This document shows, piece after piece, positions 48,801-58,100 of a stretch of 64,000 nt of DNA (positions are counted from its first letter, which is position 1; the number at the start of each line of letters is the position of its first letter). The notes under the pieces were generated by a model that saw nothing but the letters and a program-made list of their open reading frames with translations, did no database searches and was not told the origin of the DNA. A program made the translations under genes and the position numbers. Origin of the DNA: a virus; IMG/VR virus record IMGVR_UViG_3300028840_003168. The stretch is one strand, 5' to 3'.

Positions 48801-49412
48801 ATGCGAAACGTGAAACAAGACCTAGCAAACGCTTCTGGTAAAGTTGTGAGTGATATTGGTGGTGGCCGTTTAGCTGCCATGTACGCGCAGAATGCTGCTG
48901 CGCGTAGAGCGTATGACCGTGGGAACGAAGGACGCACCCATGACGACCGTGTTGTTCTGGAGAAGCTCCGTGCCATGGTAGAGCGTGGCATCGAGGAATC
49001 CGACAAGAAAGCTGTCAGCGGGAGCCTCCCGGTGAACTCGGTGTTCAATGCGCTTCAGATAGTTAATGAGAACAAAGAGATCAATCGGGACGTTGGTCTC
49101 AAGGCTTTGAAAGGTCACCTGGAAGCCAAGTGGAAACGTGACCGTACAGCCAGTATCTCTGCCGACGACTACAACCAGATTCGAGAGACGTATACGAGAA
49201 ATTATCCCCGTTCAGTGGTTGGCTCTGTGATTGATGAGATCGGACAGCAGGGTTACGTGACCCTTCCGTTATCGGATCTCATGCATATTGCCAGTAAGAT
49301 TCGTACCCAAGGGGATTTCGATAGGCTGATGAGGCGGCACGGGCTTCATACCAATCAGCTGCACCATAGAAAAGCCCGGAACTTCATCCTTTCGGTTGTC
49401 AACGGACGATAG
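48801..49412 (+). CDS. Hypothetical protein
   Basis: 203 aa, follows an AT-rich intergenic region containing TATATT. Confidence 0.6.
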   Translation: MRNVKQDLANASGKVVSDIGGGRLAAMYAQNAAARRAYDRGNEGRTHDDRVVLEKLRAMVERGIEESDKKAVSGSLPVNSVFNALQIVNENKEINRDVGLKALKGHLEAKWKRDRTASISADDYNQIRETYTRNYPRSVVGSVIDEIGQQGYVTLPLSDLMHIASKIRTQGDFDRLMRRHGLHTNQLHHRKARNFILSVVNGR

Positions 49413-49434
49413 GTCTGGAAAAAGGAAGCAAGAC

Positions 49435-52400
49435 ATGCCTAAGAATAAATCTATGCGAAATGGTCGTTTCACTCCGAGTTCAGTGGTCAATCGTATCCTT
49501 GATGGCAAGACGGTGACCGCGAATGGTTGGTCCATCGGCATTGACAACAATGACAAGGTGGTGACCTGGCCACCCCGCGGCGATGGGTTCATGACCACCA
49601 TGGCTAACATCGACAAGGCGGCGAAGGACTTCTGCAAGCAGGCAGAGATGCCCATGCCCAAGCCCTACACAGAGCCTGGAGATGCTGTGAGTGTCCCGAA
49701 GAGTCCCGGCCCTGACAGCGATTCCAAGAACATCTCCACCCCGAAGAATTACGCGGACGGCTCCGAGAGTTCCATCAGCGTTCCCAAGAGTCCCGGCAAG
49801 GACACTGAGACCGATCACTTCACCAGTCCTGCGGTGAATGAGGGCGTAGCTCCGAAGGGACCAATGACCGACACCAGCCTGGGCAGCGATTCAGATTCCA
49901 GCGAGTCAGGTATGGGTAAGGATATCAAGCAGACTCCTGACGGGGTGAAGGATGCTCGTCGGAGGCAGGCTGCGTTCATGGAGCCTATGGTGTGGGAGAG
50001 TGACTTTTACGCTATCGATGGTGGTATGGGTACGACTTTTGTAGAAGTTGATGTTGTGGGTGATATCCCTGTTACCGATTTAGAAGCCTTTGGAGACTAC
50101 TATGAGGGCGGTTTTGAGGGGATTGAGGAAGTTGAAAAGGTGCATGGGTGGGGATCTCAGATGTCGGCTCCTGGGTATATGGATCAGACTGATCTTAGTG
50201 TTTATGATACCAAGGAAGAAGCTATTGAGGCTCTGTTTGAGTACTACATGACAGATATGGGTGAGTTGGATGAGCAGTACGAAGAGTATCGTGACGAGTA
50301 CGAGAAGTATTACCTCAAAGGCGAGAAAGAAGCCCGTCGCAAACCCGCCCGAAGACGCCCTGCTCGACGGAGGGCTCAGGGAGATGATTGGTCCGACGAA
50401 CAGCACCAGGTTTGGGATGCGGTCGAACACGCGCTAGAGCAGTTGAACGCAGCTGAGTATGATCGTCAACGGGGTAAAGGTAAGAAGCCCTTGAAACAGT
50501 TCCATCCGAGTCCTGAAGGTGAGTTTTTGGAGGATCTTCGTCAGCAGTACATGCGAGGTGAGGTAGACGCTGAGACCGTAATGGCTACTTTGGCTAACCC
50601 TGAGCTTTGGGAAGCTCGATTTGGTGCGGCTCAAAAAAGAGCAAAAATCATCGACACCTTCTCCCAGGAACCTGATGGGAAAGAAATCTACGCCAACCTC
50701 ACGATGGCCCGACCGTCCGAAGCACTCCTGAAAGACATCGCGGACCCAGACAAATGGCTGGCCACCCAGACCATTCGTGCCATGGAGGAAGATGTAGAAG
50801 CTGGGTGTGGTGGCGGTCCTGGCAAGAAACGCAAAAAAGAGGAAGCCGAAGCTGAGATGGAAGCTGGCTGTGGTCCTCCTGAGAAGAAATCCTTTCGTAG
50901 GAAAGGTCAGTCCGATGATTACGATGTGTACCTGAAAGATGAGATTCAGGGTGAGTGGCTCTCGGGAGACAAGGACAAGGCTCTGGAGATGCTTGCGGGA
51001 GCCGATGATTGGATGACTCTTTTTAACGCGATACACCAGGGCTTGAAGTTCGCTACCCCGCAGGAGGGTACTGACTGGCACTCTGCCGTGCGCCAGTACA
51101 TGGAGTCTATCGGTAGGGACATGACTGCTCGACGCAGACCGCGCCGGTCGGTTCGCAAGAGGGGTCAGGATGAAGAAAACGGTGAGTATCCGATAGACCT
51201 GTATCTGGTGGTGTCTGACATTACAGAGTACATCAGTGGTCAACCTGAAGGAATAAATGTCACGGGTGCCTATGAGGTGCATTTAGTGGACGCTGCCGAA
51301 CAGACCCATCTCGCGGAAATGACCCCTTCATACTACGGACGTTTTGTCGGGTTACAGGCAACCGTTGATGACTATGGTGCGCTTTCGGAGGAACAGGCAG
51401 AGGCTCTGAACGACTATGAAATTGAGTTGTCAAACTATACTGAGTCTGGTGACTATTTCCGTGAGGCGGATATCAAGTCTGGTGTTCCTTACGACAAGGC
51501 GACGGTCTCTGGCAAAGAGGAACGTGACGAGTACATAGAGGATACGGTCGAATACCTGCAAGGTAACACTGCTGATTGGGAAAACGCCATTGATGAGGTT
51601 GCTCGTAAGAAGACTTCCAAAACCCGCCGATCCTACGAAGAACCCGGCGCAGATCGCAACCTGGACGTACCCGATGAGTTCATTGCGATGGAACCCCCCA
51701 AGACTCCCAAGGACAAGGAAGCCCGTCGCCGCAGACGCTCCCAGGATGAGGGCGGTGTCTACACCTTCGACCAGCTCGACGAGAAGGCCAAGGAAAAAGC
51801 CCTTTACTGGTTTTTGGAAGATGCTGATGTCTTTGAGTGGGAGGCTGAATACGTCATCGACGACGCCAAGGAAAATGCCCCTGCCGGTTTTCAGATAGAT
51901 GAGATTTTCTACAGCGGTTTTTCGTCGCAAGGCGATGGTGCTTCCTGGACAGGTTGGGTGGATCTCGCAGAGTGGGCCAAGGCCACTAATCAGGACGAGG
52001 GCATTATCAGACTCGTTGAGAGTGAGGAGATTGAGTCCTCTGCCAAAGTTACACAGGACGGGCGTTACTCTCATGAAAACACTATGGATGTCGAGGTTGT
52101 CATAGACCGTTATGAAGCTGATGAGGCTTCTGGCATGAGCGGAGACGAAATCGAGGCCAATGCCGACCAGTTACAGGAGGCTGTGCTGGATGCAGTAAAG
52201 GACTATGCCAGAGAGATCTATAGCAGGTTGGAGCAGGGCTACGACCATGTCTATAGCGAAGAGAACCTGAGCTACCTGGCTGAGGCGAATGAATGGGTGT
52301 TCAACAAGGACGGTACCTTTGCTTGGGACAAGAGCTACGATGACCTGATCACCCATCCTGATCAGATGAAGCTTCCTGGGGTAAAGGGCAAACGCAGACG

Positions 52401-54108
52401 TTCCTTTCGACGAAATGCTGGCCTATATGAAGACATTATGGATGCCGGTATTGAGACCGACAACCATGAGTCGGACCTCTATTTTCCTGTAACTCCTGAA
52501 TCAACTGAAATCCTGAAGAAGTACCCAATGAATGAAAAAAACTCTCAGACGTTCATAGATAATATCAGTGGTGATGAATGGTATGATGTTCCCTTTGCGT
52601 TTCCAGGAGTTAGGGGTAATAGAAAACGCCAAGCAGGCCCCAAACTCCGCGAGAAGTGGAATGACGGTGGTGATTACTCCAGGGATCTGGAAGCCGAGTC
52701 TGCCGAGGAGCTCTACAACCTGACCATGGCCTTTGGCGGTGAAGAGGTTGACTGGCCCGATACTACGGCTCAACCTGCCATGCCCGAGCAGGCACCTCCT
52801 GCTGAGGCACCTCCGGTCGGTGGCGTTGCCGCCGAAGAGGATATGTCCGAGGTAATGGCCAGCAGCAAGCTTGCCGAGTTCTCAGACATTGAGGCCGTGG
52901 ACGATGAGGCCAAGAGCTACTACGAGAGTTACTTTGGCGAGTACGGCAAACAACTGGTCAAGGACGATCCTCCTGGAAAGAAAGACAAGAAGGCCCCCAA
53001 GGACGGCAAACCTGAACTGGGCAAGCCAGAGAATAAGAAGGATAAGAAAAAGTCGAGGCTGGTTCGTCATAGGAAACCTGCTCGTCGGCACCCTCGTCGG
53101 AGGGCTCAGGACAAGAAGAACGGGCCTCGTTTTTTCGAGGAAGAAGAGGATCTATACCGCTGCCCCAATTGTGGGCAGGAGGAATGGACTACGGAGAGTT
53201 TTTTGGACAAGGGTCCGAAATTTGAAAAGTGTCCTAATTGCAGTGAGGGGATGGAGAGAGTAACCAGGGGACGGAGAACCCCTCGTCGGAGAGGCCAAGC
53301 CGCCCCCGCGGCACCGGCCCCCAAACAACCCGCAGCTCCTGCGGCACCCGCTGCACCAGCAGCGCCTGCGGCGGCACCTGCCGCCCCCGCGCCAGCACCT
53401 GCACAACCTGCTGACCCCGGTGCAGGAACGCCCCCCACGGGCAAGCCAGCAGCTCCTGGTGAGAAACTGGCACCCGGAGCAGGCGATGCCGGTATCCAGG
53501 CACTCGGATGGACTCCTGAGGACATCCAGACGATGACCGATGAGCAGAAGCAGGGCCTCCTGCAACTCAAGCTCATGAAACCCGGCGCACAGATACCTCA
53601 ACCTCCGGGAACACAACCTCCTGGGAAGCCCGAAGGTAAGCCTGGGGTACCGCCGAAAGCACCCGCGGGGCCTGCGGGTCCAGCAGGACCTCCCGGACCT
53701 GGAGAAGCGGCTCCTGGCGCACAGCCAGCGCAACCTGCACCGCAGGAGAAAGTTCAACCTGTAGTGGGTGCGATCAGCAAGATGCTGGCCCAGGTGGACC
53801 CCACGGCGGCTCCCGTGGACCCTACCATGGCCGGGGCACCCGCAGAGGCAGCCCCGGCACCCGCAGAGGCAGCCCCGGCACCCGCAGTAGGCGGTGAGCC
53901 GATTCTCTCTCCTGAGGAACAAGCATTTGCTATCCTTAGGGAGGTTCAATCGCAGGACATGAGCGCCATCGATCCGAAGCAATTGGTATCCGCTAAGAGC
54001 CAGGAGCTGATCAGGCGGCTTCAGACTGAAATAGGTATGACCGTTCAAGAGGCCGAGAAACTGTTCGGCGTATCAAAGAGCAAGGGCTTCGCAAGCCTGT
54101 TTTCATAG
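49435..54108 (+). CDS. Modular acidic polyprotein-like protein A with Arg-rich linkers
   Basis: About 1557 aa from ATG 49435 (ORF open from 49396). About 11 Arg-rich linkers, SVPKSPG repeats, CPNC..CPNC ribbon and Pro/Ala-rich C-terminus. Confidence 0.8.
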   Translation: MPKNKSMRNGRFTPSSVVNRILDGKTVTANGWSIGIDNNDKVVTWPPRGDGFMTTMANIDKAAKDFCKQAEMPMPKPYTEPGDAVSVPKSPGPDSDSKNISTPKNYADGSESSISVPKSPGKDTETDHFTSPAVNEGVAPKGPMTDTSLGSDSDSSESGMGKDIKQTPDGVKDARRRQAAFMEPMVWESDFYAIDGGMGTTFVEVDVVGDIPVTDLEAFGDYYEGGFEGIEEVEKVHGWGSQMSAPGYMDQTDLSVYDTKEEAIEALFEYYMTDMGELDEQYEEYRDEYEKYYLKGEKEARRKPARRRPARRRAQGDDWSDEQHQVWDAVEHALEQLNAAEYDRQRGKGKKPLKQFHPSPEGEFLEDLRQQYMRGEVDAETVMATLANPELWEARFGAAQKRAKIIDTFSQEPDGKEIYANLTMARPSEALLKDIADPDKWLATQTIRAMEEDVEAGCGGGPGKKRKKEEAEAEMEAGCGPPEKKSFRRKGQSDDYDVYLKDEIQGEWLSGDKDKALEMLAGADDWMTLFNAIHQGLKFATPQEGTDWHSAVRQYMESIGRDMTARRRPRRSVRKRGQDEENGEYPIDLYLVVSDITEYISGQPEGINVTGAYEVHLVDAAEQTHLAEMTPSYYGRFVGLQATVDDYGALSEEQAEALNDYEIELSNYTESGDYFREADIKSGVPYDKATVSGKEERDEYIEDTVEYLQGNTADWENAIDEVARKKTSKTRRSYEEPGADRNLDVPDEFIAMEPPKTPKDKEARRRRRSQDEGGVYTFDQLDEKAKEKALYWFLEDADVFEWEAEYVIDDAKENAPAGFQIDEIFYSGFSSQGDGASWTGWVDLAEWAKATNQDEGIIRLVESEEIESSAKVTQDGRYSHENTMDVEVVIDRYEADEASGMSGDEIEANADQLQEAVLDAVKDYAREIYSRLEQGYDHVYSEENLSYLAEANEWVFNKDGTFAWDKSYDDLITHPDQMKLPGVKGKRRRSFRRNAGLYEDIMDAGIETDNHESDLYFPVTPESTEILKKYPMNEKNSQTFIDNISGDEWYDVPFAFPGVRGNRKRQAGPKLREKWNDGGDYSRDLEAESAEELYNLTMAFGGEEVDWPDTTAQPAMPEQAPPAEAPPVGGVAAEEDMSEVMASSKLAEFSDIEAVDDEAKSYYESYFGEYGKQLVKDDPPGKKDKKAPKDGKPELGKPENKKDKKKSRLVRHRKPARRHPRRRAQDKKNGPRFFEEEEDLYRCPNCGQEEWTTESFLDKGPKFEKCPNCSEGMERVTRGRRTPRRRGQAAPAAPAPKQPAAPAAPAAPAAPAAAPAAPAPAPAQPADPGAGTPPTGKPAAPGEKLAPGAGDAGIQALGWTPEDIQTMTDEQKQGLLQLKLMKPGAQIPQPPGTQPPGKPEGKPGVPPKAPAGPAGPAGPPGPGEAAPGAQPAQPAPQEKVQPVVGAISKMLAQVDPTAAPVDPTMAGAPAEAAPAPAEAAPAPAVGGEPILSPEEQAFAILREVQSQDMSAIDPKQLVSAKSQELIRRLQTEIGMTVQEAEKLFGVSKSKGFASLFS
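53835..53887 (+). repeat. 21-bp tandem repeat x2.5
   Basis: Unit GGCACCCGCAGAGGCAGCCCC encodes APAEAAP. Confidence 0.9.
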
Positions 54109-54123
54109 ACGAGGAGAATTTCT

Positions 54124-54564
54124 ATGTCAGAAAAATATGTAGCGTATAACCTAACAAAAGGTATCGTGAGCTTCGGGCTGGCGGTAGCCGTGGCACCAGA
54201 GGAGCTTGAAGGTCTTCCCTCGCACCGCAGGCGCAGAACTCTCAAGAGCAACATCATTCAGATCGTGATCCCTTACGGAGAATCGATGGATTTGGTGGAG
54301 AAGACTGGGTTGTCGGCAGACCAGATAAAATCATCTGCCGAGCTGATAAAGCTCATTTCTCGGAATGCTGTTCGGGTTGAGGTCAGCAATGTGAAAGAAG
54401 ATCCGAAGCCCGAGGAAGCTCCCAGGCCGCAGACCAGGACTCTCGATGAGCCGGTGGATGAGAAGGTCCAGGAGGACGCCCCTGAAGAGGAGGCTGATTC
54501 TGAGGGCAAGAAGGCTTCCAAGAAGTCGGACAAGAAGTCCAAGAAGTCTAAAAAGAAGGGTTAA
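54124..54564 (+). CDS. Hypothetical protein with charged low-complexity tail
   Basis: GAGGAG RBS, C-terminal KKSDKKSKKSKKKG. Confidence 0.6.
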   Translation: MSEKYVAYNLTKGIVSFGLAVAVAPEELEGLPSHRRRRTLKSNIIQIVIPYGESMDLVEKTGLSADQIKSSAELIKLISRNAVRVEVSNVKEDPKPEEAPRPQTRTLDEPVDEKVQEDAPEEEADSEGKKASKKSDKKSKKSKKKG

Positions 54565-54570
54565 GCCGCG

Positions 54571-55134
54571 GTGCTAGTAAAATCCCATAGCCTCAGGTTC
54601 TTGGAGGACTATGGGATAGTACGCGGTAAGACTGTTCACCTGTACGAAAATGGCGACGTGACTGTAAAGCAGTGTTCGCCGGTTTCACCCGTTCTACGGG
54701 TCAATGCTTTGTGGCTGAATAGGGACTTGAAAGTGAAGTGTGACGTGGCAGACACCCCGGCGAAAAAGAGACTCGGACTTCAGGATCATTCCGAGCTTTC
54801 AGAGAGCCGTGGTATGTACTTCCCGTATGTGAAGTACTCCAACGTGACCTTCCACCAAGGGTCCGTACCTTTCAGCTTAGACCTTCTTTTTTTAAGAGAT
54901 AATGTGGTGGTGGATGTTGAGGAGCTCACCAAGGTTGGTTCAAGCGACCGGTGGAGCTGCTCGGGGTGTGATGGGGTACTTGAAGTCAATGGTGGCTGGT
55001 GCGCCGACAAACAGGTGTGCCTGGGGGATAAGATAGCGTTGTTCGCGCTTACCCAGCGTGACCTCGATGAGCTGGAAGCTGAACGTAAGGCTGACAGTTT
55101 TTTGTCGATGGTTGCTGATAGGATAGTGGTGTAG
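54571..55134 (+). CDS. DUF192-family protein
   Basis: VADTPAKKRLGL, GMYF, VPFSLDLLFL and VLEVNGGW...GDKI motifs. Confidence 0.8.
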   Translation: MLVKSHSLRFLEDYGIVRGKTVHLYENGDVTVKQCSPVSPVLRVNALWLNRDLKVKCDVADTPAKKRLGLQDHSELSESRGMYFPYVKYSNVTFHQGSVPFSLDLLFLRDNVVVDVEELTKVGSSDRWSCSGCDGVLEVNGGWCADKQVCLGDKIALFALTQRDLDELEAERKADSFLSMVADRIVV

Positions 55135-55156
55135 GTTCAAAAAGGAAGATATTGAG

Positions 55157-58100
55157 ATGAACATCAACGAACTGAGAAATAAGGGTCACGTCAAGAACAG
55201 CCCGATCATTAAAGGTCTCAAGCGGCAGCAGCGTCTGGTGCAGGCTAATTTGAATCGTCATGCCCAGCAGCATTCCTTGACGGATATGTTCTCTGCTTTG
55301 AAACCCGGTGCTCGGGAGGATGACCGGCAGCTTCATTCACTGGTAAAGACCGCTGTGAGTGAGACGAACGATCTGCTCAACCAGTTCTACTTTCCTGTGG
55401 CGCCTCAACTGGCCTTCACCAAGGTTAAGAATGTCAAGTACGCCAAGCACGATGACTCCGAGGTGGTGTCCGGTTGCATCATGCTCAATTGCAAGATCGC
55501 TTCGTTGAGTGGTGTGGACGTGGACGCGGACATCCCGGTTCATGTTGAGCGTGGAGAGCTTGTACTGCCTTCAGTGCTGTACCAGGATGGTCGGGAGCAT
55601 GTGATTGCTCAGTCCACTATCGACATGATTACCCAGCGTCATACCTCGTATGCGCTGCCCGAGCTGCGCCAGCAGGGGGAACCTCCCTATGACCTGGAGG
55701 AAGCCAAGATGGCCACCGAGTCCAGGAACGCCATCGGGTACCAGCCCAGGAAACCGATATACCTGGACGAGGTAACACAGAATAACGATTTCAGGGACAA
55801 ACGACCCAGGATCGCCGCCAAAGGCGCTCCACTCGGATTCAAGATAGTCAAGGAGGAGATGGACAAGGCCGAGGCGGATGGTCTCGATACCTTCCCCAGA
55901 CCTATCGACTACATCCTGGCCACCTATGTCAGGCCGATCATGGGTGAGGTGTACATGAGCGCATGGGCGCCGGCCCTCACCAACGGCGGGTACGCGATCA
56001 ACCCCTACGGAGAGAACCGCGGCAGGCCTAAGACGGGGAGTCGTCGGAAAGTTGCGGGTCTGGGAGACAAATTCATCGACAATTTCGGTGACGTTAATTG
56101 GTTGGAGCATGGCGGCAAGCTGCTTTTTGAAGGGGAGTCCGGCCCTTACGTGGTAGTGGTTGATACCTGGCGATTGGATGACGGTCAAGCCGAAGGTGAG
56201 TCCGATCCTGATATGATTTGGGATGTCTATCGTGTGGATATTGAGGACGGTTTCAAGGAAGACGAGAACGGCGATGTCATAGGATCTAATGGTTATACTG
56301 AGTGGTGGTCTAAGCGGGATGAGATGGAAGGCATCGCGTCTACGGTGGGTCAGGATGTTGAGGAGTTCATAGATGACATTACTTCGGAAGACTTGAAAGA
56401 TCGTTTTTTTGCGTATGATACGATTGCAGCTACCTGGGGATGGGAAAATCTCGAAGGAGGGCCTGCTGACCAGTACGACATAGACGACCTTGTTCGGCTC
56501 TTTGAGGGTACTGAGTTAGAGGAAACTGTAAAAGATGTTGCCGAATTTCGGGATTTGGGGCTGGCGCAGAGAGACGAAGAAGCCGAAGATGAGTTCAGTG
56601 ATTATGCCGACGAGGACGACCCGGATGAGGGTTACGATTTCAAGGAAGCCCGTCGCCGCCGAGCTGGAGAACCTTTTGGCACAGACGTAGATTTCTTTGA
56701 ACAGTGGTTTCACGGTGCGGGTTTCTATAGCTTTGGAGACATGATAGAGGGTTACTTCGATTTGAATGACGATGACCTAGTCACTGTTGCTGCTGCGACT
56801 GACGGTGGCAGCATGTCTCCCCCTTATGCCCTTTTGATAGAGCAAGGCGGCAACCCTGATGTGATGATGGACGCTGTTGTAGAGATGCTTGAAGAGAATT
56901 TGCGGCATTTCCGAAGTGATGACATCGATAAGGCTTATCAAGAAGAATTGAAAGAGCGCGGCATTAGGGACTTCGATGACTATGCTGATGACGATGACAT
57001 GGATGAGGAGCGGTGGGACATCCAGTCTGAGATAGACCAACAGTATGCGGGTGCCGAAGGTTTAGAGCTTTTCAAAATCCCACCTCAAGATCTGTTGCGT
57101 ATTATCAAAGGTCATCGGAACTCCGAAGAGTTGCTGGAGCGTATCGGGGTTGAGGGGCTGGACTATGAAAGCGCCGAAGAAGACTTCAGTGAACGAGAAG
57201 CTCGTCGGTATGAAGCGGGATATGGTTCTGAAACTGGTGATTGGGGTGAGCCTCACAAGTTGCATGGTGTAACCTATCTTGAACTCCCAGACGGACGCTG
57301 GGAGGTTCCTGGCAACCAGGGCATGCCTGCTGAATTTTTTGACAGCGAGAGTGACGCTCGGGACTACATTGCCTCGTACAAGGACAATGGCCGAGAAGCC
57401 CGTCGCCGTGCCCAGGTAGAGGTAGACGCCGAAGAAGCCGAGATGATCATCATGAACGATGAGGGCATGTACAACGAGGCCATGTTCATCGTTCGGCAAT
57501 GGAACGGCACCAACATAAAAGACATCACCGCAGACTTCATGGAGTACTTTGGAGATCTCAGCGAGACCATGGATGTGGGTGACTGGGAGGATGTTGCCCG
57601 AGAGATTATTGAGGGGATGGAAGATGACGAAGAACATCCTCCAGGGATGGAACCTGATTCCACCTGGGAGAGCAAGTGGGAGTTGATGCTCAAGGAGGGT
57701 GTGAGTGGTTCTGTGGATATTGAGGTAGAGTACGATTACATGGTGTTCGAGGACGGAATCACGCAGTACTATCCTGATGCGGATTTGGTTGAGAGTGGGG
57801 ACAACTATGATAACCAGATGCTCAAGGCAATAGAAGCCAAGTACCCGGATGCTTATGTGTCGGTGCAGCCTGGAGCGCGTGACGACATTACTGTGACCGT
57901 GAATGTCGATGAGCAAGGAGATGAGTCTGATCAGTTGGAAGATAAGAGACTTACCTGGATGCTGGCCAAAGAGAAAGAGATTCAGTCTGACGTTAGAGAC
58001 ATGATGGAAGAGGGTGTTGAGTCCTGGGACTGGCTTGTGGAAGCTGGTGAGGACGACAATGGCCGGGAGGCCCGTCGCCGCAAGGCCCAACAGGTTAGAC

